From NCBI GenBank assembly GCA_024679065.1, contig JAGIQG010000009.1:67022001-67086000 (forward strand): DNA of 64,000 nucleotides, read 5' to 3'. Both the position numbers and the translations under genes were made by a program. Origin of the DNA: Sphyrna mokarran (lineage: Eukaryota). This document shows, piece by piece, positions 1-12,100 of this stretch. Below the pieces are notes generated by a model. The model did no database searches. It was not told the DNA's origin and saw only the letters and a list, made by a program, of their open reading frames with translations. Within the stretch, counting starts at the first letter, position 1, and every line of letters begins with the position of its first letter.

Positions 1-59
1 GTATTATACTGTGTACAGTTTTGATTTCCATTTCAAAGCATGGATTGACTTTGAATGCA

Positions 60-600
60 AGTCATACAGCGAAGGCTCACTAGATTGATTCCTATGGTGG
101 GAGAGTTGTCCTATGATGAGAGGTTGGGTAAAGTGGATCTCTCTCTCTCTCTCTCTTTGGAGCAGAAGAATGCAAGCTGATCTCATTGAAATATACAAGA
201 TTCTGAAGGGGTTTGAAGTGATAGACGGAAGTTGTTTTCCTGCGTTCATGAATCTAGGACTGGAATCTTATAACCATTCACGCTGGTGGGATTTTACCAT
301 CTGCCGCAGTGAATGGAAATTTGACTGGGTGCCGAATTCTCCAACTTAACTGCAGCAGGAGTGTGATGTGAACAGCTGGTAAGACCATGCCCTACAACAC
401 AGAGTGTAACCTCAGGATAATGGGCAATCATTTACAACTGAAATGAGGAGAATTTCCTTCACTCAAAAGGCTGTGAATCTTTGGAGCTCTATCACAGAGG
501 GTTATGGGTGGTCCATTGTTGAGTATGTGTTGTAATGAATAGCAGAGCAGCTCGAGGAGCTGAATGATTTACATCTGCTTCTATTTCTTATGTTTTCTTC
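60..600 (+). mobile_element. CR1 (HER1-like) LINE 3' end, degenerate, interrupted by a MITE at 257-392
   Basis: Translates to RRMQADLIEIYKILKGF (CR1 ORF2 C-terminus), followed by ATGAGGAGAATTTCCTTCACTCA and a GAGGAGCTGAATG...TTCTTATG-type tail. Confidence 0.8.
257..392. mobile_element. Short MITE, PIF/Harbinger-like, inserted in CR1
   Basis: Imperfect TIRs GGACTGGAATCTTA / GTAAGACCATGCCC with TA on both flanks; CR1 resumes across it; reverse-oriented relative at 7405-7625. Confidence 0.65.
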
Positions 601-1004
601 ACAAAGTTGAAAAAACAAAAAGCTTTTTGTAAATTTGTTTTGGATTGTATTTAAATGTTTTGAAAAAATGTGCAACAACCATTGAATAAAGAGTAAAAAC
701 CCAACATCCCGCAGATATTGGGAATCTGAAAATTCTTTCACTCCGCAACACTAATTCTGTTTCTTTTTGTACGGATTCTGCTTGACCTGCAGAATATTGC
801 ATGTCATTATTGAGAAAGGAACCTTTCTTTTGCTGAGAGTCTGAAACAGTGATGGTGCAAATATCCACTCAATTTTCATACGTAAGAACTGTTTTTTTTA
901 CACAGTGGACCAGGATTCAGTTTTTAATTAACTGATAAATGAAATTCTGGGCCATTCAATTGCTTTGTATTGCAATAATCATTAGCAATTCATCTTGTGG
1001 ATTC

Positions 1005-1392
1005 CATCATGCAAATCAGCCTCCCATCCATTAACTCCATCAACATTTCCCATTGCCTCGGAAAAGCAGCAACCATTATCAAAGGTCCCATGCACCCAGA
1101 CATTCTCTCTTCTACTTTTCTCCACAGGAAAAAGATACAAAGGTCTGAGATCACATATCAACTGGCTTCAGAACAGCTTCTTCTCTGCTGCCATCAGATT
1201 TTTGAATAGACTTCCATTTATTAAGTTGACCTTTCTCTACACCTGAACTATGACTGTAATATTATATTCTGCACCTTGTCCTTTCCTTCTCCTCCATATA
1301 TGCTATGAACAGTATACTTTGTCTGTATAGCAAGTAAGAAACAAAACTTTTCACTGTATCCCAATGCATGTGACAATAATAAATCAAATCAG
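1005..1392 (+). mobile_element. Rex1/Babar-clade LINE 3' end
   Basis: LPSINSINISHCLGKAATIIKGPMHP then GKRYKGLRSHINWLQNSFFSAAIRFLN; tail GTGACAATAATAAATCAAATCA. Confidence 0.8.
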
Positions 1393-1917
1393 TGCTTTCT
1401 TTCTCTTTCCCTTCTCACCCACAAAGGTAAGAATTGATATCAAGAGCAATTAAAGTTTTTTTTAAAGTTTATTTATAAGTCACAAGTAAGGCTAACATCA
1501 ACGCTGCATTGAAGTTATCGTAAAATTAGCCTTTTCAACCTAACCGGCTACTTGGGGAACAGACAGGATTGGATTCAATGCTAGTTTTACATTCTTTGAT
1601 TAGTAGAGAGGAATATTTGTTCGGATGTAAAACTAACATTCCACCCAATCCCGTGTGGGGCTTCTGCTCAGTGAGTCAGGTTAAAAATACCTCACACTGA
1701 GTCAGTGGCAAGGGAGCAGAGTGAATGATGCATGTCTACCTTCATCATTTCCAATTATAAAATAGAGGAAGTTGTTACCATCCATGACTTAATGTTGTAT
1801 ACGTTGTCTGATGAGACATCAAGAAGTCAAGAAATGTGACCTGTTTTTGACTGTAAAATGAACTGTTTCAATGGTGACTCTAGGCTAGATGGAATCAAAC
1901 AGGAATTTCAGGTATTT

Positions 1918-2352
1918 TCAATTTGATTTATTATTGTCACAAGTATTGGGATACAATGAAAAGCATTGTTGCTTGCACACTATTGTAGTAAGTCTTCACA
2001 GGCAGAAGCCCCTTCACCAAAATCCCTTTATTTACAAACTCAAACAGCAGTACGTAAAGTTAGCAGTCTATCTCCGGGGGTGTCAGAGGAACTGACTCTC
2101 CCAGTTAAGTACAAGGCAAAGACTTCCTGATTGGCCGATCAATTGAATCCTTAATCAAGGAGCTCATACTCCAATAAGCATCAATGGTCTGATTGAAGTC
2201 ATTATATCCATACAGATAAAGTATACCGTTCGTAGAATACATAGATGAGAAGGAAAGGAGAGGGCATAAAATGTAGTGTTATAGCTAAGGTGTACAGAAA
2301 GATTAGCTTGACATTCAAAAGTTTGATGGCAGCAGTGAAGAAGATGTTCTTC
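1918..2352 (-). mobile_element. Rex1/Babar 3' end split by a solo LTR
   Basis: TTTGATTTATTATTGTCACA is the reverse of the Rex1 tail; homology to copy 52540-53017 resumes after ~2208. Confidence 0.75.
1984..2207 (-). mobile_element. Short solo LTR (Gypsy-like, ~225 bp)
   Basis: Left end TGTAGT; AATAAA on the minus strand; reverse complement aligns by eye with 29426-29888 (TTGGA.TATGAGCTCC, GAGTTTGTAAATAAAG, GGTGAAGG). Confidence 0.6.
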
Positions 2353-3464
2353 CCTCCGAGGAAAGAGATTCCATTAATTGGAAAGACATCTGAAGAATGG
2401 GAAGAATTTGGCTGAAAAAATATGCAGCTTGCCCATTTTGTAAATGGTGGCTAGCATAAATATCATTCCAAAATCTGCTTGAATTGTGCCTAATTGGAAA
2501 CGTTGTGCCACCAGAACTGATGTTTTTAGAACAGATATTTTTCATCATTTTACAATTTCAAAGTGAAACTCTGTCACATGGAGTTTTTCCAAGGTTACAA
2601 CATATTGTGGGGAAATTTCATTCAGTTGGAAACTTAAACCTAAATTTGTCTTCTGCTAATCAATCAATCATTCAAATAGTTATTTAGCTATTAGTGCATT
2701 TGGAAATTCATTCCAGATGTTGAAATGGTCTAGCAATTTGTGAAAAGAGAGCTTCAAACTTTCAAATCAAATTATGTGCATTAATCTTCACATGAAACCC
2801 ACTATTTATTACTGTTAGGTTTCTAATTTCAAACTTAAATACTGTAACATTCATGTTATTTGAGTAGGATGCTTTCAATTTACCTTCTTTAAATTGTCTG
2901 CTATGTTCTATCAATCCTTGCAATCAATTAGACCACCACAACTGCTGTGCTGGAACAACTGGGATTTCCTCTCCAGATATCGAGTGATTGTTCTGAGAAT
3001 AATTGGCAAGGTTTTCTGTTAATCATTGTAGACAGAGTAACTAGAAGAGGAAGTACTTGTAGATCCAGAACAGATGAAATGATTTGATAGGTTTGCCAGA
3101 AACTGTGATGGGTAGCTTGTAAGAAAATAAGTTGAAAGGGATGGGGGGGGGGGGTGATCTGATGTTCAATTCAGACCATACCCATGAATTGGACAGCACT
3201 GTCAGCCTTGGTCCAGTGGGGCCGCTCTTCTATCTCAGTCAGAAAGCCATTATATTGGTGTCCTTGGTTGCAATGTTGGAGATGCTGAGCAGATTTTTTC
3301 AACCCATTGGCAACCAATGGTGAGCTGTCTCTGTCATGGAAAAACCCACCATAAAGGGAAGAGGGGGCTGGTGAATTCCCTCTGAGATTATGGGATGTTG
3401 AAGCATCTGCCCTCTCAGATGGATTTGACCGATCTATTCCAAAGAGAAGAAAGGGAGAAGAAAG

Positions 3465-4460
3465 GGAAATCTCCCAATGTCCCAGCCAGCATTTATTTTG
3501 CAACTAATGCCTAAAAACGAACAGTCTCACCATTTATTTAATTGCTGTTTGTGGGACCTTTCTGTCTGCAAATTAGCTACTATGTTTTCAACATGATAAC
3601 AGTGATTTTGGGCTGAATTTTCCAAAAGAAAATGGAAAGTGTCAAGTTCTGGCTGAAAACCAATGTGTTCCTCCCCAGAAACACAGCCAGCTTTTCACCT
3701 CTGACACTTTGTCAAACAAGAGCGGGGAGGCATTTTGTGCTGTCACTTTGGCAGAGCAGGCCTGACAGAATTGGCAAGACCAGCTCCACAGAGATCAAGG
3801 TGCATTTTTTAAAGGGTGCCCCAATCTCAAAATCAAAGTAAAGGCCCCTTCCATCCTAATCCTCATTGACATCAGATTCTCCCTCCATACTTAATCGCTG
3901 GCACTGGGGCATCATGATTACTCCCCTCCCTCATATAATGAGATTCCCCCCTCACGGTAGGGTTCCCTAGAGGCCCTGTCCAAGATTCTGCTCCCAGCCC
4001 CACTTCCATGCTAGTGCCAATCTGGTACTTTCCCTGACCACTTGGGCTACATTGGTCTCCGTGCCCCCCTCCTGGTCATCTCAATGGCTGGAGACTAGTA
4101 GTGATTTCCATTGATGTGATGTCATGCCGGTGAGTGGGAGGAAGAGTATATCTAATGATCCCAGAAGCAATGGTGTTAAGCCATTCAAGTATATTTACAT
4201 TGATGGTAAAGAGATTCACTCACGCCCAGCTGATTAATTTGCTGGCGGTGTTCGGGGAAGATCTCAAACTGAGATCCCACCACTGAAAATCCCACACGGT
4301 CCTCTTGCGAGAGTTAGTAGCCATTACAGGATTTGTATCTGCAACAAATGGACCAGAGAATCGTATGTTTCAAAAGTATGTCATGGGCTGTGAAGCACTT
4401 TTGAAATGTGCTTAAGTTGAGAAAGATGCTATATAAATACAAGCTTTTTTTCCTTTCTTC
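3465..4460 (+). mobile_element. SacSINE1-type Deu-SINE 3' half interrupted by a ~750-bp Harbinger-like MITE (~3610-4362)
   Basis: TTGCTGTTTGTGGGA...CAAATTAGCT on the left and TTCAAAAGTA...GATGCTATATAAATACAAG on the right; insert begins GGGCTGAATTTTCC. Confidence 0.7.
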
Positions 4461-5124
4461 TCTCCAGTGTCAAACTTTGACTACAGTCCTGTGAAGCACA
4501 CTTCTGCATTAAATGCATAAAAATACAAATTTTTGCTGCTTCATCAAAATTTATATGGTTTTCAATGCATGAATCTCATTTTCTTCTTTACAAGAAAGCA
4601 GACTGATGGGGTCTGGAGATAACAACTGCTGAATTCTTTTTCCCTCACTTCCGTTCCATGTCTATGAACTTCCCCATTCCCTGCTGAGATGGAAGTATTC
4701 CCCCACATTACATCTGAGATTAAGAACTCAGTGGAAGAAGGGATCACACTTACATTCCATCATGTTGCGAAACATCATGTCAGGGCAATATTCGGCTCCT
4801 CACTTCTTATAGCTTGCAAGTTTTAATATATTCATAAAATAAACAATGTTGCACTTGAGAACTCATTCTGAAATTTTTCAAAATTTATATTAAAATAAGT
4901 AGATTTGTTCATGAACCAAACCCAGTAAAATGCAAACTTATTTTATAATAAATAAAATAATGTGGCAGGAATTTCTAAGTGGGATGCATCACTAATAGGA
5001 TAGAAAATCTGACAAGGCAGCCAAATGGTAGCAATTCCCAGTCCCGGTTCAGAAAAACCCGGCCTATACATCTTGAGCATGAAATGTGTTTCTCTTTTCA
5101 CTTAATTCCGTATAGGATGGTCTC

Positions 5125-5395
5125 ACAGCTCAAGGAATCCGGGTTTGCTTCTGATCTCATGACATTGTCTGAGTGGTGTTTGCACCTTCTCCCTGTGTCT
5201 GTGTGGGTTTCCTTTGGGTGCTCCGGTTTCTTCCCTAAATCCAAAGATGTGCGGGTTAGGTGGATTGGCCATGCAAAATTTCCCCTTAGTATCAGAGGGA
5301 CTAATGGGGTAATGGAAATATGGCCTGGGTGGGATTGTTGTTGGTACAGGCTCAATGGGCCAAATGACTTCTTTCTGCATTGTATGTTTTCTATG
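5125..5395 (+). mobile_element. HE1-type V-SINE with CR1-derived tail
   Basis: V core TTCTCCCTGTGTCTGTGTGGGTTTCC...TCCAAAGATGTGCGGGTTAGGTGGATTGGCCATGC; tail AATGGGCCAAATG...TTCTATGA. Confidence 0.85.
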
Positions 5396-5419
5396 AAAAC
5401 AGTGAACTTGCAATAAGAA

Positions 5420-5740
5420 AGGAAAAAGTTTGCATTTATTTTACCATCTTACATTATTAGGGTCTCCTGATGCTCTGTAGGCAGTGACTCCAGTTACTGT
5501 TACAATTTGAACGCAAGCAGGATCCAATTCACGTACAACAAATGAGTGAACGACCAGATAGTCTACTGAAGGCTGGGGGAAGATTTTTGACTGGACTGGA
5601 ACTGGGACTTCTTTCTATTTGGGATCTTGTACACGTATCGAGCAGACAGGAGCTCGGTTAAATGTCTTAAAGTAGAACCATCTTCACCAACAACATTGTA
5701 CTCTCTTAATACTGCACTGGTGTTTCAGACTGGAATGTAT
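5420..5740 (-). mobile_element. Degenerate Deu-SINE (SacSINE1-like)
   Basis: TTGCATTTAT tail and CTCTCTTAATACTGCACTGG, the reverse of the Deu core CCAGTGCAGTACTGAGGGAG. Confidence 0.55.
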
Positions 5741-6299
5741 GAAATGTTAGTTGTAATTTGAATTATTTAGGGAACTTCATGGTCTTATCTAATCTTTACG
5801 CTTTTGATGTCTAACGGGGTAGATTTGCATGCAAGGTTCATTGCAAAAGCCTATAAATAATCAAAAAGAAAAGGGGACTTGGATCTGAAATCCAAAGTCC
5901 TGATTTTCTTAAAGACCAAATTTAAAGCATGTATATCATGGAAAAGTCATGCCTATATGTGAGCATTGAGCTGGAAAATAGAAGGTAAAGAAGGGAACAG
6001 AAAATAATTGTGCACAAAATTACTCTAATTTCATTTGTAAAGTTAAGGAAATAAGGGCTAATTAGTTAGTAGAGCTTTAATGTTTTGTTTAGACAGAGGT
6101 TGGAGAACAATTTGTTTATAGCATCTCTTCAGAAACAAAAAAAAGTTAATCACTTAATTTTTTCCCCTACATTAACATTATCGACTGTGAAGTTTGAAAT
6201 TGCTCAAATAACAAAGCTCTTCCATCATGTAAATAGTACAATGCAACAATGTACGATATGGTAATATAATGTTATTGTTACCCACCTAACACCCATGAG

Positions 6300-6770
6300 G
6301 TTCATGGGATGAAAGATCTGTGTACAAATCCCACCTTGGCAGTTGGGAATTTAAATCCAATCAAACCTAGAAATTTAACCAAAAAAAGCTGCCATCAGTA
6401 ATGGAGACCATGAAACTATTGCAATGTTATAAAAGAAGTTTTGCTTCACTGCACTCAGTTGCCCTCACTATTCTGGGCTACAAGTGACTCTAGGCCATGA
6501 TTCCTCCAAGCTGTTGTGCTGGTTGGCATCCCATTATCTCCTTTAAGTGGCCACTCAAGAAATCTGAAAAGTTTGTCAACTTAAAGAAAATCATCCAAAC
6601 AATTTTTTAAAAATACATATGTTGTTCTACTTCCACAGCAATGAGCTTCTCTGAACTGTCCTCCAAAATGACCTAGCTAGATACTCATTCCAATGGATGG
6701 CTTACCACTGCCTTCATAAGCACATTAGCTACTAGCCTTGTCAGCAGTGTCTATATCCCATTAATGAACT
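6300..6770 (+). mobile_element. Old tRNA-derived SINE sharing a tail with the CR1/L2-like LINE at 8135-8645
   Basis: CAAATCCCACCTTGGCAG...AGTAATGGAGACCATGAAAC, similar to 48850-49100. Confidence 0.5.
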
Positions 6771-7404
6771 TTTAAATAATCTACAGCTTCATTTCAGGAC
6801 TTGCAAAGGTTTTGAAAAAGGCGGCAGCGTCAAAATTTCAAAAATGGATTAGGGCTCCTTCAGAATTAAGGCCAAAAATTAATTTGAATTTAAACTGGAT
6901 TGAAATATAAAGATGTCAAGATTCCAAATCCTGTCAAGATGTGGTATAATTGTTCTGCATTTGTGGGTGCTTTGTGGTCCCATTTATGTTTGATGGTAAT
7001 AGTCTCTGACAGGATACGAATGTTAATTTGAATGGCTGCATATATTCACAAATATCTGTAATGCATAAAGTATTGCTTGTGCCCATTGATATAAAAATGA
7101 ATCTTAACTTTATTAATGTGGAGCTGCAATCTCCCAATAGCTGGTTTGATGAAATGGGAGTGCTTAGAGTTTCAAACTTTTGGGTTTGTAGAGAAGCAAG
7201 CAATAGAAAATATTTATAGTTGATTCAGTCGGTTTTTGGTTTGTTTCTATTCATATAGTTGTTTGAATATGTGAGCAGTTCACATCTCTTGAAAAACAAA
7301 CTTTGCTAGTTACCTTCAGCGAAAGTGACAAACTGTTAGTTACTTAGCTGTTTTGAGTATCTACCAAAATTGCACTCTTGCTAAAGTGGATAACAACATA
7401 CGAA

Positions 7405-7625
7405 GGGTCTTACCAGTCTTACCAGTCGTTCACAACACACTCCTGCTGCAGGAGATTGGAGAATTTGGTGCCCAGCCAAATCTCTGTTCACTGCAGTGGG
7501 ATGGGAAAATCTTGCTGGCATGAAAGGCCATAGCATTCTGGCCATACGTGCCTGTCTGAGGCTCATAAGATCATGCCTAAAGTTGACAGGAAATGCTGTC
7601 AACTTGATGGTAAAATCAGGGCCAT
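7405..7625. mobile_element. MITE, same family as 257-392 in reverse orientation
   Basis: CACACTCCTGCTGCAG...GGAGAATTTGGTGCCCAGCCAAAT is the reverse complement of ~310-370. Confidence 0.6.
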
Positions 7626-8134
7626 AGTATCTGAAGGCGTATACATTAAGTTAACATGTTCCTCTTTTTTCTATCTGCTCCTGAATCACATCATTCTGTA
7701 CTTCACATCATTCTCCCACTCAATAGAGGAGCTATTGTTAAATTTTGCAGTTGTCTTTCTTGTCCCTCTCCATTCATTTCAGTCTCTCTAGCCCTCAGCT
7801 TCTCAATTTTCAAATCACACTTCCACTAGTCACATAGAGGTGCATGAATTAAAAAATTGCTTTGTCTCTTCATATATATCTCTGAAAGAAGTGAATACCT
7901 ACTGTCTAGAGATTCACCAGGGCAGAACTACATTCTAATAATGCATGTCATTTTGTTTAATTGAAGATTAACTTTTAGTAAAGTTTGAATTTCTGTTTTT
8001 ATGTAAGGTACTTCTTTGTATTCAACCGAAAAATTTAAATAAAAAGTCAATCATTCGGAATTTAAAATGCTGTATTTTTAATACTCCAACACTGGTGATA
8101 ATCTGGCCCATGTTGGTCTGTATCATGCCAGTTT

Positions 8135-8645
8135 GTCCACCATCTACAGAGCACCAGTCAGCAATGTGATGGAATATTCTCGCTTTGCCTGGATGAGTGC
8201 AGCTTCAACAACACTCAAGAAGTCCAATATCATGCAGGACAAAGCAGCATGCTTGACTGGCGCTCCACCCACAAATATTCATTTCCTTCACCACCAATAC
8301 ACATTTGCAGCATCTACAAGATGCACTGTAAATTCTCACCGAGGCTGCTTAGACAGTATCCACAACTGTTACCATCTAGAAGGAGAAAGGCAATAGACAC
8401 ATAGGAACACTGCCACCTAGAAGTTCCCCTCTGAACCATTGTCATCCTGACTTGGAAATATATTGCCGTTCCTTCAATATCACTGGGTCAAAATCTTGGA
8501 ACTCCCTCCCTAACAGCACTGTGGGTGTACCTATATTACATGATCTACAGCGGCAGCCCACCACCACCTTCTCAAGAGCAATTAGGAATGGACAATAAAT
8601 GCCGGCCTATCCAGCAAAGCCCACATCACATGAATAAATGAAAAA
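8135..8645 (+). mobile_element. CR1/L2-group LINE 3' end
   Basis: STIYRAPVSNVMEYSRFAWMSAASTTLKKSNIMQDKAACL; tail CACCACCTTCTCAAG...CCCACATCACATGAATAAATGAAAAAA; paralogous to 55340-55890 and 22640-22960. Confidence 0.75.
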
Positions 8646-9229
8646 AAGCCTCCATATGTGTCCCAGGAAGGCCCATATTTTTATCTGGTCCAATCATATT
8701 TTGAGTATGATCAGTGATAGCAAATTGAAATAATTAACCAATTGGAATTAAAATTCAATTTTTAACGTATTCTGCAAACATGATAGCATTTATGACAAAA
8801 GAGACATATGTATTGGCTCACAGGTGTAGTTTATAAACATAAGACTCTGCATTTCTGAAATGGATCACTGCTGAAAATATTATTCCATCAAGAATGGAAC
8901 CAGAAAAATGTTTCTTTGGACATAAAAAAAATCAATGACCCTTGAAAGCAGACATGGAGATTGCAGTGTGTGATTAATCTGTGTTGGTTGCTTCTGATAG
9001 AGTCAGCACACAAATTTATGCTGTCTATGTGTTTAAGTGATATTGTGCAGTCAGTGCTAAGCATGCTGCTAAGTAGCTGTGAGCCTTGACTCAGCTAAAG
9101 TAAAATCGTGGGAGGTTAGCCTGAATTCTTTAAAAGGGAAGAATGTTATGATTACAACTGGTGGGGGCTAGAGGTCACTCTAAAAGTCATTGTATATCAG
9201 GAATGATACCAGAATGGCACAATGTGGTA

Positions 9230-10960
9230 GAGAATGAGTTTCAATACTTTCTGAAGCTGTACTGGAGCCCTTGGTTCAGGAGGTAGAGAACAGGAGAGAG
9301 TCATCTATCCACAGTGATGAGGAATCCCTCCTGACAAACTTTGAGAAGACAGTGGAAGCAGAACACCAAGATAGCCAATGCCAGGAATTAAGACTCAAGA
9401 GCCTAGATGCAAAAAGTTCAACGACCAAACGCTAATAGTCAAGATCAGTGAACATATCTGAACACAGTCCAAAAGACGTGCTAGTTAGATGCATTGGCCA
9501 AGTTAAATTCTCCCTCAGTGTACCCAAACAGGCGCTGGAGTGCAGCGCATAGGGGATTTTCACAGTAACTTCATTACACTGTTAAGTTACACCTACTTGT
9601 GACAATAATAAATAAACATATCTTCAAATATCATGTCAATGCACCACCAGCCTTGGGCATTACTCAATGCATGGTAACTCCACACATCACCCAGCAACAT
9701 TTTCTATCAGTTACTACTTATATCTAACATTCATTGCTTCACCCCACTCTCGCACATTCTGCCTGGCTGGAAGTCCCACACCAATATCTCACAGCTTGCC
9801 CACAATCAGCTGTTTGATCATGGTAGTCATGTGGCTCCCATTGCTCCACAGACACTGGCACACTTCCCTTTCGCAGGACAAGTTGGCACACAATCAGAGG
9901 CAGCAGCACCTAATTACTAGGGGTAGGCATGGCTGCATGTCCTCACTGCCATGGCAGAGACATTATTAGCTATCACTGGAGAAGCCACAGTTGAGGTTGC
10001 TTTCAATGGTGAATCAGAAACAACCAAAGAGGATGGTGAGTTCTTACCTCCTCCTTCCCTTCACAACCCATTTCCCACTTTTCTCATAGTCTCTTCTGAT
10101 TTATGGGCTGCAGACGGTGTTAGAATTTACCTCTTTCTTTCTCCCCCCACCCCTGAGCATGACCCTACCCTAGAGCATTTCTCCTTTTTGCTACCCGGGA
10201 ACTGCAATCTGGCCAGATAGTGATGAGAGAGCAGAAGGAGCAACAGGAAGACAGTTCTGAGGAAGAAACATTTGTCATTCACACTTTCAGCTTAGATAGT
10301 GACACTGTGCAAGTTTCAGAGGATAGACTATAGGCAGGATTGCATGTAGTGAGCTACTAATGATCAGCAAAAAGGACAGAGACAAGGCTATCGCCAGTGC
10401 CAGCTGGCCACAGCCTGAAATCACATGGGAGCTCTACTTCAAAGAACTCAAATTAGCACTTTGATGGGCAGGCTACAGAAGAAGTTTGTTGAGTATGCAC
10501 AATGAAATGCTTGTTGCTTTTTTAGACCTGGCAGAACTCATTGTCAATAAGAACGAAGGTACCCAGCGCAGAATTGGCATGGAGATTAGTGCCCAATCCT
10601 CCTCAGTGTTGAAACATTGGCCAACTCCATGAGTTCACCTGCCATTCTAACCATAATGTAGTGCCTGATGGTCGATGTTTCAGCTTGTACTGTAGCACAA
10701 GCAGAAGCCACTTAACCCCAGAGTGCTGCTGTGGAAGCTCAGACAAAGGTCTCCAAGCTCAAAATGCTGCCAGGCAAGCTCAGACTGCTTTGGAAACTAC
10801 CAAATCCTTCAAAACTGCAGTAAGAACCATTGGAGCAACTACTCTGAGAGTAGCTGGTGATTCCTTTAAATATCACCACTAAAGATCTTTTTCCTGCTGC
10901 TTTTAATATGCATCCAGCCATGTGAGTTGGCTAAAGCATCATGATCCAAAATGGCACCTC
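9230..10960 (+). pseudogene. Degenerate PIF/Harbinger Myb/SANT-like (ORF1) gene with exon-intron relics
   Basis: LSEAVLEPLVQEVENRRE and CKKFND (SANT-like), then an acceptor CGCAG|GAC before DKLAHNQRQQHL...MAETLLAITGEATVEVAFNGESETTKED and a GTGAG donor; frameshifted. Confidence 0.65.
9465..9616 (+). mobile_element. V-SINE 3' half, alternative-tail type, inside the Harbinger intron
   Basis: CAGTCCAAAAGACGTGCTAGTTAG...GGGGATTTTCACAGTAACTTCATT...CCTACTTGTGACAATAATAAATAAAC. Confidence 0.75.
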
Positions 10961-11049
10961 ATATGTCAAATTGGGGTTACAAAATGATTAATGTTACATT
11001 CTGTGTACTCCACCAGATTCTTATGGACTATCCCATGCTAATGCTGGAA

Positions 11050-11350
11050 CAGCATAGTGGCTGGCACTGTTGCCTCACAGCACCAGGGACCTGGGTTCAA
11101 TTCCAGCCCTGGGTGACAGTGTGTAGTTCACACGTTCTCCCCATGTCTGCATGAATTTTCTCCAGGTGCTCTGGTTTCCTCCCACACTCACAATTTGTAG
11201 GTTAGATGGATTGGCCATGGAAAATTGCTCCTTAGAATCCAAACATATGTAAGTTTGATGGATAAGGCATAGGAGAGGGCTTGGGTAAGGTGCTCTGTCA
11301 GAGTCAATACAGGCACTATGGGTCGAATGGCCTCTTTGGCACTTTATGGA
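11050..11350 (+). mobile_element. HE1-type V-SINE
   Basis: tRNA-like head CACTGTTGCCTCACAGCACCAGGGACCTGGGTTCAATTCC (B box), V core, tail GGGTCGAATGGCCTC. Confidence 0.85.
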
Positions 11351-11714
11351 TTCAATAATTCTATAATCTGAGCAAAATAGTGCCCAGGGTAGTTAATACC
11401 TGATGTGTGCATGCATGCTGATGACCCTATTTTGGAGGCAAAACAGCACTCACAGCACAAAAGAAACAAATACTTCAAATCTGAATTAAACAGTCTTAAA
11501 TCCATATATATAGAACAAAAAAGGTATATGGCAAGTGTCACAGTTTTAACAAAAGAAAAGGGAATTCAGAACAGAGTATGTACTTCCACCATGCTGTCTT
11601 AACACAACATTATTGCAATTGATATTTCTGAAAATTGACACATGTCATCAAAGCTTTTTGTCTTGCACTTACAAATCTGCAACAGTATCAAGTTTCAAAA
11701 GGACTAGCAAATAT

Positions 11715-12100
11715 ATACTGCTGTTTGATTGGAAAGTGGACTCTGATTGGTTGAGGCATTGCCATGGAGAATGCACCAGAGAAGTTATTCCATAAACATT
11801 TGTTTAAATTCAATGTTATCAGTTGTACTCATCATGTGGCACATTTAAGCTTGTCAGGTACTACATATATTAATAGGCAGGGATGTGTCCTTGACAAATA
11901 AAAAATCATGTTCAGGTATTGAATTTTTTTAGGAAAACAAAGGCTTGGTAACAACAGTTGTATTTTGGTGTATTTACATGGCCTTGCTTCGATTAATTAG
12001 AGCAAACTAGCTGGTTTAAATTTAAACAGAAACTTGGGAGAAACCTGCTCCCTGATGCATTCTCAACCACTCAGTGTCCAGTTGCCAACAAATAAGCACT
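11715..12100. repeat. Old inverted-repeat (fold-back) element with ~95-bp arms
   Basis: 11715-11812 is the reverse complement of 12012-12100 (AATTTAAACA, TGCATTCTC, AACCA.TCAG.GTCCA); the right arm lacks 14 bp. Confidence 0.6.

Noticed and set aside
4595-4820. Exon after TTTTCTTCTTTACAAG
   Set aside because: All three frames hit stops early and there is no convincing donor.
4979-5416. 145-aa ORF and similar ORFs at 19690-20061, 49227-49595 and 54001-54363
   Set aside because: They are chance reading frames through V-SINE copies.
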